A stretch of DNA of 55,937 nt, filler included, from Catajapyx aquilonaris (Eukaryota): assembly GCA_000934665.2 (NCBI GenBank). It is 2 parts of 2 records of this genome, joined end to end, with 100 filler letters (N's around TTAATTAATTAA, not from the genome) between each part and the next. Parts side by side here need not be neighbours in the genome. Positions count along the whole stretch, not along the records: positions 27,659 to 55,937 come from KZ539276.1; 1 more part is not named here. The stretch is one strand, 5' to 3'. Position 1 is the first letter of the stretch; every line of letters begins with the position of its first letter. Shown piece after piece: positions 34,001-48,832 of the stretch. The position numbers and the translations under genes are program-made. Below the pieces are notes generated by a model. It made no database searches. It was not told the DNA's origin and was given only the letters and a program-made list of their open reading frames with translations.

Positions 34001-37000
34001 CGCTTGGTTTTATGTATTCATATTTTCTTACTGTTTGCGCGCCCCCTACCTCATCCATTACTGGGCGCCGCGCGACGACACGAAATATTCATGCGGTTTT
34101 CTGCGAGCATCACAATCGCAATGGAGAGTAGTCGGCGGGCTTGAATCCGGAGAACTCTTGTCCCCTGCCAAACAGTCCCGGGGCCAAACCGGGGTGGTTT
34201 TGAAAAGTGCATGAGCCAACGTTTCCCTTACATACAAAAAAAAAAAAAGTAGAGAGAGGACTGAGCGAATCCACGGTACCGTAATTATTGTCCCTGCCAA
34301 CTCCGCCCCCGCCCCCTACCACCCTCTCTTCTTTTTTAATCCTTGCCAGCCCACTACCGCCCATGCTCACTTTTTAATGTACTGATTAATCACCAATCGA
34401 TTCCAATTGCACATGTGAGGGGGGACACTGTTTTCTGTGGTTCGGCATTCACCTTGGAAATTGCGTCTATTCAAAGCCAAACCTATGCCAAGAGAAGAGT
34501 GCAAGAAATTGCGGAAAATTAAAAAAATGCGGGTTAATCGAAAGGCAAAAAAACTACTTTTTCTTATAATATCGCCCAAAAAAATCAATGTTCTTTTACA
34601 TGAATAGCCCATAGGGAAACACCTTATTTAAAAAAAAAATATGCGACTTACGGATGATTCTTGCATTATTTATGCAGAAAACAACTGTATACACTTATGA
34701 AGACGTACTGAGTTACGTGGTTCAAATGGAAGAAATGGCATGATGCTCAAAACAGAAAAATATTTGATAAAATTTTCATCGGTACAAATATTTCATGCTG
34801 GCATTAAAAAGACAGTTTCATCCCAAATTGACAGTTCATTGTACAAGCCCAGCATACTTTCTCCCAGTACGTACAGTACACCCACGGCAAATGAACCAAA
34901 TTTTGCAATATTTCTAGACTTGAGAGAAATAGTCAAAGATAACGCCTCTTTACGAAAACTTTGCAGTCATAAGCACAAAATTTATAACAAGAAAAAGAAT
35001 CAAGTTGAAAAAAAAACACGGCTATGACGACATTAAGACCCGAGGGCAGTGCAAGGGGGGAGATCAAAGCCTCTTAGAGCGTTTGTAATTGATGCGTCAG
35101 TTGAAGCAAAAAGAGAGGCATTGTAACTTTTGCGACCCTGGGTACCCATCATTCCGGGAAATGAAATGGTTTGGAACCCTGCCACTAGCAATGTGTTTCC
35201 CTCTTCCTTTTATTTACTATCCATAATTCTTTTTCCTCCCAATGTTATTAGCAATGAACGAATCACAACAAAACCTAGCTGTGTTTCTTCCTATACGTCT
35301 AGTCCACGAAAAAAAAAAAACCAAGAGGCATCCCTCCTATTAACATCATTACAAAAGGCATCAAATACGTGCGGAAGGACTGAAAAAGCCCTTCCTCCAA
35401 GTCCTCTCCTTCCACTTTGCCAACTTTCTTTCCCCTCTTAAACCTCGTTATGTGGAACATCTTCCCCAACCCTTTGGACTCCTGAGGGGCCTATGAGGAA
35501 TCTGAAATTTGGACATTACTCCCCGCATCACAGTGTCACAAAGAGGGAGAGAGACTGCGGCAAAAAGGATGCGCTCAGGTTTTACAGTGCAACGCAAAAC
35601 TTTTCGTCCTTACTGGGTAGCATTTTTTTCTTTACCTAAATTCCCCCAAAAAACCTCCCCCTCAAAGTTTGTGAGGGAAAACAACGCTGGGGACGATGGG
35701 GGATGTGAGAAAATTAGCCTGATTCCAATAAAAGCTGTGATCTCTGTGGAATCGAAATGGGATCCGCTGACAGAAGACAACGAACGCTGCTACCCCCTCC
35801 ACCGATATTTGAAGTTGTGGAAAATCACTCAGATTGGGGGGAGAATCCCCCAAGAATTTTTTTCCCCCCCCACAGAGCGGGGAACCTTTCCTAACTGATG
35901 GTGTTAATTAAAAATTGTACTTACCAACAGCTCGGAAGAGGCCACCTACGCCCTCAGGCTTGCATAGGGACATGTACAGGCGGGGAGAAATCATCAACGA
36001 TGCAGTTTCATTCTGTCGTGGAAACTGAAAAAAGGGAGAAGATTTCAAGCTGTAAAATGTGCTGAATTGGTCTTTCCTATCCGTCCTTGGCACCTTTGAT
36101 GGCACTTCAAAAAAACAAAGAGTTACCACATCTTAAAATTTAAAAATAAAACAACAATTGCTTAACAATGTAGCAGTCAAAGCTACTCTTCCACTTGGTT
36201 ACTTTTCATCCTTGTATGATGCAACCAAAAATACACGATGCTACAATCCTTTACGCGAAAGAACAATCTGACGTCACATCAGTCGTGTTTTCTGAGCATG
36301 CGCAGGAGTATTGTTGCAATGAGGCGGGTGGAGGCGGGGCTGAACGTGACGTCACATCGTTCTTTGCATTAACGGACAGTAAGCCGCATTTGTTCTGCTC
36401 TATCGTCTGGTGAAGTCTACTAGTCCTAAAAATTCATAGTGAACCAACAATTTTCGGATTTTTTGGACTTTTCACTTTCCGACGATATGTTACAGGCGAC
36501 AGACACATTTGAGACTATTAAATGAAAAGCACACAAACCCATTTCACCAAAATCAGTCAATAGCAGACTTGCAAGCCACAATGCACCAATATCTCTCTTA
36601 CAGAGCCCCACATTGTGACACACGTTTGTCAATATGCGCCCGAACGAGGTCATACACCTCTTTTTATTTAGCAGCTTAGCCCCTTGTCCCACGCACAAAC
36701 AACCCTATTAACAGCCCAGGGTCCATCCTCCGTGCGGAACCGACCAACCCACTGGATAAAAATCTGTAGAAAGCCAAGCTCAATAAACAAGGGGGTGGAT
36801 TTTTTCGGGTGGGTGGCAGGCAAGGGATGGCCAGTTATATATAACAAGATCCGGACGCCGGTACAGTAAACAAGCGCCAAAAAGGAGGCCGAAGTGGTGG
36901 TGCTATCCGCCGAATTGGCCCCGATCAACCCCCTCCTCCAAGCACTATCCTTACGCCCGTTTAGATTCTCCAAAGATACAGCTCTCTCCTGCCTTATTTC

Positions 37001-38571
37001 CGATAAAAGTTTCGCAAGTTCTCGTATAACTTATTCGACTATAAAAGATTCCCCTCCCCCTCCCCCACCCCTCCCTACCGTATACTTCTTATCGAAAGTG
37101 GGCGCTCTCCATAACTCTGAACAAACATAATAGTGGACTGACAATATTATTTTTCGAAAAAAGAAGGACCGACCCTGCGTCATCCGAAACTTTCAACCAG
37201 ATTAAAGGCGCAAAAAAACCATCGTAGAAACTGGACGACGTCTTCGAAACAACTACAATCAATGATAAATTGGTCGGCCGCCATGTCCGAAGGAAGCAAA
37301 GATGCGCGCGTCTTCCTTAATAAAGGGATGAGCATTAGGGCTGTCTCGATATATACGGGGGGCTGTAACAGCAGCTGTAATTCTACGATGGTAGGGGCTC
37401 ATTAAATTATCCTTTCAGACGTTGCCAGGAGGGGGGGGGGGCTCTCCCAAGATGACATTGTTTAGGAAGCCTTTTCAGGAAAAGGTGATATCTACCCTCC
37501 CCCCTTCCTTCGTGATATTAAATTCGCGCGCTTGTTGTAATAAGAACCGTGTGATTTGATTCAGGTCGATTTACAGTGCATGGCCGGCGTGCCACAGTTT
37601 TCACGGTTGCAGGTAATTAGCCGCGACTCCATTGGTGTCCCGCGTCTTATTTGCCCCCAATTTGCGTGTACGAAACAGGCGCGGCGAGGATGAAACATTC
37701 ATGGGCATTGCAGGTGCGACCTCCAGAGAACAAACGATGCCGGGGGTTCCGCTCGGTTGGGTTTTCCAAGCCACATATGTCCTTAAATCACCGCATGATT
37801 TTCCACAGCAAGCCCTCAGGATAGATCGCCACAAGAATGCGAAGATCTTTTTCCCTCCTTCTTTCCCCACAAAAAAAATTTGCATAAAAACGCAATCTTT
37901 CGGGTCCTCCGCCCGCCGTCTCCTTTGATATTCATGCGGCAATATGAGTAGAATTGCCAACGCGTGTCCTTCCTACGAAATGCCACCTGGAAACGTGTCT
38001 CCACACACGAGTGTACCGAAAGCTTAAGCTCCTGGACTCATCACAGGGCTTTACCAACGCAACAGTCTACAAATGTTAAGAAAGCAAACTATATACCCAA
38101 AACAAACTGCTTCTCTATGGCCCCCCATCCAAAGTTTATCGCGGCCGCTTCAATCTGCCAAGGAGCCCCCCTTATATTCCCCGGTTCGCATCCAACACTC
38201 CATCCTCTCTACGTCAAAGACCTAATTTACGGCGCCCGCAACGTGTCTTAATGTCACGCCCTGCGGCATCCCACCTAAACCACTCTTCTCCGCATTCACC
38301 CAAACTGTGCCTTCGTCGCCCCCCCTTTCCTTTACCCAGATCCCCCCCGATGCCTCCAGACACTTATGGGGCAATAGATGTTGTGATTTTGGGGGTCCCG
38401 GAGATAGAGCCCAGATCCGGGCTGTTATTCATCCTGGAAGCAAGGCAACCCATCTGGACCAAACGTCTTGGGTCACATTTCACTGTAATAAATATTCATG
38501 TACCGACTTGGAGATGGTACAGTGTTGGACATTAATCGTGTCATGCTGCATGCGGCAGAAGTGCAAATCGA

Positions 38572-38692
38572 AGCCGTGCGAGTAAGAAGAGGTAGGCCTT
38601 GAGTGACGTCACCGGCTGGGGGGCAATGGAGAAAAGGCTTGTCACCAGCCAGTGATGTCACCCAAGGGCTACCATTTCTTATTCGCACGGCT
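38572..38692. mobile_element. Hairpin / MITE-like inverted repeat
   Basis: About 48-bp imperfect arms AGCCGTGCGAGTAAGAA...GGCTGG / CCAGCC...TTCTTATTCGCACGGCT. Confidence 0.65.
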
Positions 38693-38771
38693 CGCACTCT
38701 ATCACTTCAATTTGCACGTCTCCCGCATCGGAATATGTCGCTAGCAGTATGACGGAATTAATGTCCAGTAC

Positions 38772-39195
38772 TACTTTGTGATCAACAAATACGGTCCACG
38801 GTACTGACTTGCAGACAGCCCATCAGATGTGTCAGTGCCGGACATAAGCAGTCCCTAAATGTTTATTTTTATTGGCATAGGTGGAGCTGGCGTTATCTGG
38901 CAACTAAATAAACATTTAGGGACTGCTACTAATTATGTCCAGCACTGTACTGACTTGAAAATGGTATATCACGATGTACCGACTATAGGAGGTGTTATTT
39001 TGTGATCAACAAATACCGTATGCAAGTCAGGACTGTAGACGGTATTTGGCGTCCAAGTTGGTACATGAATCGGTACATATACTGATGTACCATTTTCAAG
39101 TCAGTGCATCTGACCGATGGCCTGTTTACAAGTCAGTACCATTGACGGTATTTGTTGATCACAAAGTACCACCTCCGGAATTGGTACATGAATTA
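38772..39195. mobile_element. Foldback-like modular inverted-repeat element
   Basis: Arms TACTTTGTGATCAACAAATAC..GTACTGACTTG / CAAGTCAGTAC..GTATTTGTTGATCACAAAGTA, with a third internal copy near 38998 and repeated TGTACCGA/GTACTGACTT modules. Confidence 0.7.
38833..38947. mobile_element. Tc1-like MITE nested in the foldback-like element
   Basis: CAGTGCCGGACATA..AGCAGTCCCTAAATGTTTATTT / AAATAAACATTTAGGGACTGCT..TATGTCCAGCACTG|TA. Confidence 0.75.
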
Positions 39196-41409
39196 CAATG
39201 AAGTAAATACTCATGTAAATCATGACATATTGGATGAGTCGATGGCCTTATTACGTCGCCATAAAAAAAACTCATTCCTCGCTGATTTAACAAAGTAACA
39301 CGAGTTAGTGCTAAAAATCCGCCTAACATGATGTTTCACTCATTACACACCTTTAATTCTGCAAAGCGATTTTTATTACTCTATGTAAGTCCCATCTCAG
39401 AAAATGAAATTTTGTAGAGTCGCCCCAAAAATTACCGTCCATGTTTCAACGTTGTAATAATTTTTTTTTTTTTGTTAAACGCATCAAAAACCTCCCTGAG
39501 GGTCCTAATGGCAAGCCTTTGATTCAAAATAACAGTACATTCGCTGCATCAACATTCATCTCTATTTCAGAGGACTAAACAGGCCGACTTGATGAGGTTG
39601 CCTCGCGTATGGTCGGGGAAGTGTATTATTGCGGTCCGGGAGCAAAGCTTGTGACGCCCCCTCAACAAGGCCAGTTCGGGTAATTTCCCCGTTTCTGAAT
39701 ATACATTACTTTGCTGTACGAGCCTTGTGCCAAGTTGCTCCCCCCACCCCCACCCCCTCCCTGGCGAAACCCCTGCCTCATCCCGTGCATGGACCTTCAT
39801 GCTAATTTGCTCGATGTAATTTTAATGCCTACAATAAGCTTTAGCAACGGGGGCGCCGGCCTGTATAAACAAACCAATTGCGGCTGGACAAAGATAAAGA
39901 ATTGCAGACTGGTGCAGCTAAGGCTAGACCATTCTCTCAATAAGTCGAAACTTTGCAACAACCTATATACAGAAGCGACATTTTTGTCACCAATTGTTAC
40001 CCAAGACAAAAAAAAAGGGGGGGGGGGGCACCTCACAGGGTGTAAAATGAATGCTCGTCTGTCGTCTGAGCCTTTAAAAATATGCGCGCCCGACGCGTCG
40101 AAATTGCGAACCCAGGCTATGAACAGACTGTTTACAAGTGCAGGCTTCCCCGAGAGTTCAAAGGATCGTGAGGGAGAAGGGTAGCCTCAGGAAACACAGG
40201 CAAATATTAAAATTGGGTAGAGGGGTGGCCCACCCAGTAGATTCATTGGAAAACGGTAAAAGTCACCCCCGTTGAATTGCAAGGGGCATATATGCCACCA
40301 TCCTTCCTACCCAACCCCCCCCCCCGCCTTTTAATGGATGCCTGGATTCTAGTGTTGATATTTCGGCATCCGTGGTCACTTGCGGCTCACCTAACCATCC
40401 CCTGGAGGCAAAATGGTTGCAAAGGCTCGAAGAAGATACACACGTCTTGTCTGCACCTGGCAACCCCCAAAGACAAGCAACTTCCCCCTAATTAGAATCA
40501 ATTTGCATTGAGTTGCTCTGAAACAGAATGACTCTAAACTAGTTGGTAAATACTATACCCAAAGCTTCAGGGGCGGGGAGAAAACAGGTTCGCTCAACAA
40601 GATGGTGCCAAACACAGTAAGCGATTCAGCAAAGTAACGTTCGATGCAGGCGGAAAATACTTTGAAAAAGATAATGAAGTTTGCGATAAGCGTTTTGCTT
40701 ATTGTTCAACCCACTGGTGTGGGACATTTTTACGAGCAAATTTGACACCTGCCAAGATGCGGTAACTCGACACTTTGCTCGACACTGCGCAACAGACAGG
40801 AAATATTCGATATCTGCATTTCTTTGCACTAAAATGTTGCAGAATGTTCCCACGACGCAACATGACACGTGCTATATTTTTATCAGTGAAGCTGCGATTC
40901 GTGGGAAAGACCCCATGTAATATATGCTGATTTTTAAGAACTGACATGCACCAGATTAACCCCGCTCTAGTTACAACGTACCACCAGACTATCGCAAAAC
41001 AAACGTCCTCAAAAGCGCTAAAAACCACAATTCCATTTCCTTGCAAAATCACGCTGTACTGCCCACAGCACTCAGCCATCACCATTCTCTCTCTCTCCCC
41101 CCCCCNNNNNNNNNNNNCCCCCCCCAACTCCCCGACCTTATACATGCAGAGTATATAAAACCTGGCACCGATGATATTCTTCCGATTCATCTGAGCGGAG
41201 ACACGTTTTCGCACTTGGCAACCACCAAAACTGCTGGGGATGTTGCGCTCGACCAGTAAAGCAGTACGAGCACCGTACGGTTGCTTCTTCCTCTGCTTGG
41301 GCCCCCCACACTTATTTCCTGCCTAGGACGTGACAAGGGGGTCCACTTGCAAGAAGTTTCCTCCACCACAACAGCTGATGAGCTGTACGTGAATCCCCGC
41401 CAATACTAT

Positions 41410-41570
41410 TCATGTACCGATTTCGGAGGTGGTGTAATAAACAATACTGTCTATACGGTACTGACTTGTGTGCCAGATGTACCGGCTTGAATATCACGAT
41501 GTACCGACTTGGACGTCAAATACCGTATACAGTACTGACCTGTCTAGACCGTATTTGTTCAGAAAAATTA
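41410..41570. repeat. Diverged, inverted partial copy of the 38772-39195 element
   Basis: TCATGTACCGATTTCGGAGGTGGT...GGTACTGACTTGT...ACTTGGACGTCAAATACCGT is collinear with the reverse complement of about 38996-39191. Confidence 0.75.
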
Positions 41571-44500
41571 TTATCAAGCCATGAATTATACAGTGGACGA
41601 TGTAGGCATATCCGGGTTAAAATAATTACACGAAAAGCCCCAACAGTGTTAGATCGACTGTACAGCAAACATCCTTTGTCAACATCGCACGTTTCCGGCC
41701 AATTCAGCTTTTTTTTGTACAAAAATTGTAGACAAATGTACCGAAAACAGCGATACAGGACCCCGGAGTGTGTGGAAGGGAGGGGTGTGGGGGCATCATC
41801 ACACGCAGGCTGGCCGTATACATGGGGACCAATCGCGGTGAACGACAGCGAAGAAGATAAATAGCGCCCGCGTTATTATGTAGCGGAAAGATGGGCACTA
41901 AAAGAGAAATGACCTATTTGTGTCAATTTGCTGGAAATTAGCCCCTGACACGGAGACCTGTGCAGATAGGTGAGCGGGAATATCCGCCGTTCTGCTGATT
42001 TACTACACCCCACCCACCCTACATCCCCCATCTCTTTTTTTTCTCCCCTAGCCCACACACACATACACACACACACGCACCGCTACAAAAATAAAGGTTT
42101 AGCTCAAAGTTTAGAAGCCGTTTTTCCCATATAGCTTATCGCCAAAACTGGCATGTTTTTTCCGTGCAAATTTTTTTTTATCTGACAATTTTGTAACAGA
42201 CAACATGTTTGCACTGCTTCAAAATGTACCGATACGTAAATCTCCACACAAATGGCGTCAATACTGTGGTATCTACCAGATGGGGAGGGGGTGGCTGCTT
42301 CCTGTGTAAATAGAGAGCATATTTACCAACACCTATTTGGCAAACAGGACACTCCTAGCCATGCAGTCATGCCCCTACAAACAAACGGGGACCAAAAACT
42401 ATACACTTCCACCTACAGATATGAGCGGCATAAGTCCCAATGTTACAGGTACGTACATATTTTAATCGTTACACCCCAATCACATCCACTTGTACGAGTA
42501 ATTAAAAATCAAAATGAAAATCAAATATTAAATGCGACTGTTTCTTGGCCATTAATTTATCAGGTTTTTAAAAAACTATCCGAAATTCACGCCAGACAAT
42601 TCCAGTTCCATTAAAAAATTCAAAACCTGCGAATTTAATGTTACACAAACATTTGGAGCTGACCACCACAGATGAACAGTTGGGTTAGCCTGGGTAAAAA
42701 AAATCTGCGGAGTCTGTCATAAATTACCGATCTGCCGCAAAAATACGCTGCAAATACATGTAAGTGCTCAACATTATTAAATCTACATGCTATTCACTTT
42801 TCTATATCTGTTTCGGAATATTACTGTATACTGTACCCCTCTGGAAGTAGATCCCAAGGTAGCACGCAGTATGAATTACAGTGCAAATCACCAAAATCTG
42901 ATATTATAAAGCTCAAAGTAAATGATAATTGCATCAATATTTATACTGCCACGTGCAAATAATATGGATTATATTCCATACGAATCCATAGATATTTCAT
43001 GGAAAAAAAATTGCGATTGCGAATGCACTTCTTGTAACCAACAGCATTGTCAGCAAACACAACTCCCAACAATCAAACCCGTTGTTTCACACCCACTCTA
43101 AACACCCTACAAGTCACACGTCACATGGTTTGTGTAAATATCTCTCACGTGGCGTTCTCTCCCTCTGTAGCCGGAAGATACCGCGCAGGCAGCACAGGGC
43201 TTGACAACCTCAGGACCTCGCCAAAAATGTTGCGTGAGAAATCATCTGTCAGAGGTCCCCAAAGTGCGTGGACCTGTGAAAAGCCGCCACTACCCTTGTA
43301 ACCTCTGAAACTCCCCTGGTTTTATTCCAAGACGGGGGCCCATTTGACTTCATCGCCGCAAGTCCCTTCATAAGCGCCCGGGTTCCCCCTTGGCACAAAC
43401 GAGCCAAGTCAGAGGGATCCATCAAGGTGGTTTGGTTTTCCGAGGGAGAGAACCCAGAGAGGTGGGCTTCCAAGACAGGCGATGCTTACATAGGGATTAT
43501 AGTGCGCAAGGTGCATGATAAACTCTAATGACCCCCTCCTCCTTTTCCCCTCCCTATACCCCTCACTGGTATAATAAGGCTCGTCTTCTGCGGGACATGC
43601 AAAATCCATCAGGACATCGGACCCTCTTCAACACCGCGGTCCTCTCTCTTCATCCCCCCCGAGAAACTTCCTCTCTCGGCTAAAGAAAAACGGAGGGGAT
43701 AACACGGCCGAATGAAGCCTCCAGATCTCATTTCCACAACTTATGAGTTGCCATTTGTTTCGTGGAAGTGGCTCTGCAGGAGCTCCAAGTGGAAACACGT
43801 CCAGACGTCGAGAAAAAAAAAAGTGCTGATTGGAAAGTATAGGTGGCAGCACTCTAGCAGCGCCATCTGTCTGCCAGTTGGTGGAACTACATATTTTCTT
43901 ACACGAAGTTGTTGGTGTGACTTTACTGTGGCAAAAAAACCGTGGACACAAACGGCAACACTTCAAATTTTATTCTTGGCATGGGTCTGACGACTTCCAA
44001 ATTATTGTCACGAACCACTCGCGCGGTAACATGATTTTTGGCAGCAGGACTATAACCCGGCCCAGTTCGATTGGCTCCTATACAGCAAAACGATGTTTTA
44101 CATAATCTCTAGCAGCAGAAATCTCATTGTGCGGAAGTCCAAAAGGGGGTCCTCGCAAAAATGATGCAAGGCGCATTATAGCAATACAGTTACTGTGTGC
44201 AAGAGGCCGTCTCCATCAATACAGTCGGCGAATCGTTCGCCGGTTTGGTGCGGATATAGAAAGAAACCCTACCCAAAAAATGCATTTGCAATTCAGATCA
44301 GGCACGAACAACCTTCTCACTGTACTTTTGGTAGTTACATCGTGGTATCAGCAGGTTTTGCGTGTCACATTACACTAAACCTACCTTCTGTCGGAGGGGA
44401 AAGGGTAAACTAATCGCGCACTTTAGTGAGCGGGGCCACAACACTGAATATGTCCACTCCCCATATTTTTCCCCAAGTTTTTTGAAAGAAAATGTCAAAA

Positions 44501-47500
44501 AATTGCAAATCCCACGAAAAACCAGGAACAGCCACAATTCGAAATTAAAAAACTATTATTTCGTATGAAACTAATTTTAGATGACCGATTTTTAAAGTAA
44601 TATTTTTAGAAAAAAAAATGCTGTGTTACGATGTATATTGATAAAACATTGAAAAATTTTCACTCCAAATTTTTTGGAGACTTCCTGCACTATCCGCGAA
44701 TTCATCCAAGCTAATCAACTTAAGCCCCAAGCCTTCTCTTCCCCCCCTCCCCTCCTTCCAAAAAAAACCCATTATCTACTTTACATTTTAATTTATGCGC
44801 CACATTAAACTTCAGCGAATTTTTAGGTCACCCTTCTTGCACCAGTTTCAGAAAAGACACATGTCGTAAGTCACATCACACAATTACGCCCAACCTTGAC
44901 ACCAAGCTCAAGGCATATGGAGGGGAAACACCATAAAAATCCCTATGTATTGAGCTTGAAATTGCAACCAAAAAAGTCCACCCTCTTTTTTTAAAAAAAA
45001 TATATTTAAAAAAAGTGATTCCTCCTTCTAAGGGGCTGGAGCCAACTCAGGAAGAAACTGCTTTCGATTTGAGCTCCGAATAACCATTATGGAACTCTTT
45101 CTTGTTTCACACCAAGTTGCACGTTCAGCTCCCCCTTAAACCCTATCTATCTAGCCTGTATAATTTATAGCGCCGAGTAATGGCAAGCGATGTCCCAATC
45201 ATTGTGTTTAAAATGCTTTCTCAGCCTCAGGTTTTGCCTGCCCTCGTAAACCAAGCACTCCATCAAGGAATCCCCCCACCCCCCTTCCTTCCCCCTCCAT
45301 CCCCCTCCACTTTTTCCACCCACTTCACTGCAACACTTGCATTTATTTCCGCATTTTCAAGCCTCACTCCCAATATATATGGGGATAATCTGTAATCAAA
45401 TTTAGCGCAATTGTCTCCCATGCAGCACCCCCCATTCTTTCCGAGTTATATGGTGTGGAAAAAGAAGATATAGAGTTTATTTTGTGAAACACTGGGAAGA
45501 AAGTGCCGGGGGAGGACTATATTTTAAAAAGAGGAGAGAGAGAGGGGGGGGGGGTGTTCTAAGATAGCAAAAAGCGAGAAACTTTGATCGGCTCCCGGTG
45601 TAATAAGGGGAAATTTGGGCTTGGATTTGGTGAGACGACTTTGCGCTGTTTCGACAAAGGAATGGGATATAAGGGGGGGAAGAGGCCAAAGGGAGGAAAG
45701 AGGAAAATAGAGTCGACACTGAGAACAGTAGAAGCATCGTTTATGTCAGACCCCTCTTGCGATACTGTCCTACCCTCGAATTGTTAACGAGCCTTATCTG
45801 ATATCGTCCCCCCCCCCTCTCTTTTTCGCAGTTTATCCGTTTTCAACTCCTCCTCTTTTTTTTGGAGCTACACACACGTCGATAAACACATGTGTGTGTA
45901 ACCTCCCCCCCCCCCCACACTGTGCATAAATCCTGTCAGTGTGGGAGGTTGGTGGATGGGTTCACAGAAAGATACCTAATTTATCGAGTAATTTGGGGCC
46001 TCAACCTGGTTGCGAATATGAAGTGTTTACCCGCGCCCCACTGGAATGTTTGCGTCTGTCCCCCAAAAGAATGGCCAGGAAACACACGGCCCCGTTGTCG
46101 ACCTAATAAAAACCCGCACTTGATGCTAATCAAGTGTAATATTTTTTAGGGGTGGGTTATGGTGAAGGGACCTACGCCTACCACACAATGCATTCCATAT
46201 GTGTGTGTGCTCTACGAGTCATTCGCATTTCGGCCCCGTTGTTGACACGTTAATTGCGGTTTTCCGACTAAGAATGTTCGGCCTCCCACCTGGTGTAGCT
46301 ATAGGATGAGTTCAATCGGACTAATTAACAGCTCCGGAATGACAGTGCTTGTATCGAGTGTGAGTGATATTACTGTGCGAAAAAAATATCATAGGGGGCC
46401 ATGTTTTTCCCCCGGTTACAAGTTTTCACTCTGTTTCAAAGGGATCACTCGCCTAAATTAAGAGCTGATGTTCAAAAAATCAAACTCGGATAGTGCTAAT
46501 TAATCATTCACAGTGTGTGTGCGTGTGTGGGTAACAATACCTGTCCCCCTTAGAACCCAAACAGTGCAGGTAGCATCAGTATATTCGGTATGGAAATATT
46601 TCCGCAAAAAAAATTAAAATATCAAGAACTGCAATTTTTCTGCCAATATAGCAGCTCCATCCCTATTTTTTCCCCCACCCTAATACTATCCAATGGCCAA
46701 ATTCTCATAATTGGCCTCCTTCACAATGAATAACACGGTATTGCAAATGAGTCCCTAGGTTCGGGGGAGATGGGAGGGGTATAAAAATGCTACTTCTATT
46801 GTCCGAATTTTTTGAGGCATCCCGAAATCTAATTCTTGATCACCCACTTTTCTGACTGCGGCCATGAATATTTATGCATCATTTAGCTGATGAGTTGATA
46901 ACGGAAAAAAGGTTGGTTAGACAATTTGCAGACTGTAGGAAATGTAGGCTGCCTGTGAGTGTGTGGGGAATGCAGTTTACGTGATAAAATTAACTAATTG
47001 GCATTCGGCGGGGCAGGAATAGGTGGCCGAGGACACGCCTCATGTACTATATGAAATCGCTCCGATGAGAAATCGCGCATTATGTTATTTTGCCTCGTTC
47101 CACAGCACTTTTTTTTCGGGGGGGGGGGGGGGGGNNNNNNNNNGGGGGGGGAAACCCACCCCTCCCCCTACAGCTAAAAAAAAACCTCCCGGAAATATGG
47201 GGGGAAAATTGGCAAACTTACTGAATTGGTGAAAATCCGGGTCCCAAATCGGTCTCAACCAACCACCTGAAAAGAGGAAAAACGCATTTTTAGTTCTTCT
47301 CTCGTGGCACACATAGCTTACGATAAACACGACGTTTATTGCCATGATGCTCTAACAATGCGAATTCCATCCGTCTATTCCAGGCACACAGTCGACATGC
47401 AGAAATTCGGTCCAAATTTTGGCCCCCTAGAAGAGCAAGCCATTTTTGTCTTCAAAATTGTTTAGTTTCTTGGTTTATGTATTTCTTCACTGAAAACTTA

Positions 47501-48398
47501 CCGAACCATCAATTTTCTCGATATTCTCAAAAAACCTCTCCTCAATTTTATTTGCAGACATTTCCAAAAACCCGCTTTAAAAAAAAAACCTGGTCGGAGA
47601 CACACCTTTATACACCCTACTTTTTTCCCCGAAAATCCTCCCCCACCTACCCCTTTTCCGAAAAAAAAAAAAAGTTGTGAGTGTTCATAGGGTGTCGTGA
47701 GCCCGTTGCAGCAGCAGCACGCCAGGGCCCAGGCGGGATTTGGGTAATGGCTAAGCACCCGCATGTTGATTGGAACGCCAGCCCCGAATGCTAAACAGGA
47801 GAAGAGCAAAAAGTCGCCTGGTTACAAAAAAAAAAAAAAAGGGCCACCACCCCTTGCCAGGATGGGGGCGAGAGAGTGCACTGGTGGTATCCCAAAAAAA
47901 GGGGAGAAAAATAAGGAAAAAGGTGAGAGATCTAGGGTAGGGGGAAGGCGGGGGTGTGAATATAAAAAAATAAAAAAAAATCCTCCCCCTCAAAGTTCAT
48001 TTTCGTATTCTCGGGACGACGGCACCAAACTTGCAAATTCTGCCACCGGTAGAGGACCTAAATTGTCAATTATAAGAAATTCTACGGGGAATACCAAAAA
48101 TTTCAATTGATTAGAAGTAATACCAGGACTCCTTTTCCCCCCCTTCCTTCTTCCCTCCCCATTTCAAAACTCTCGGGGTGATGGCTGAGGTGCCCGCAAA
48201 TATTGGAGATTGTTTGGTGAAACCCCCCCCTCCGCCCCTTTCGCCTTCCCCCCCCCCTCCAGAACCACATTCGACTTTCAAATTTCGATTCATCATTAAT
48301 CGAGCTAGGAGATAGCAAAGATGATGCAACGAAACTTAATATTATTCAGGTTTTCAGGCCGGACCGCCCATGCATTATGAAATATTTCAAGTTGTTTC

Positions 48399-48832
48399 AA
48401 TATTTCAATCAGGATCATCCAACTGAATTTACTCCGTATGACCATATTCACTTCACCTATAGTGAATATGCTTATAGTCAGTAAATGACTAAACATTGAC
48501 TATATGACAGCTCAAAACCTATGTGAGCCAAAAAAAAACACACTTCAAATGTGTGTAATGTTCATTATCATATGCGGTATGTCAAAGTGTTTCTAGCTCA
48601 ATATTTCAATCGAGATCACCCTTGCAACTGAATTTACTCCGTATGACCTGAATGACAACTCAAAATCGCAGCATTTGCCCCAAAAATCACTTCAAATGCG
48701 TGCAATGTTTGTTATCAAATATCTTCAAATTTCAATCGAGATCATATCCTTACTGAAATTAGAATATTCACTTCACCCGAATAATTATTTGCCCCCAAAA
48801 ATCACCTCACATAATATTATGTGCAATGTTCA
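48399..48832. repeat. Degenerate tandem repeat, about 3 units
   Basis: Units start AATATTTCAATC..GATCA near 48399, 48600 and 48727; they share CAACTGAATTTACTCCGTATGACC (first two) and CACTTCA motifs. Confidence 0.75.

Noticed and set aside
46886..46910. CTGATGA-GTT/AAC-GGAAA minimal hammerhead
   Set aside because: Extra G in the core and no supporting flanking stems.
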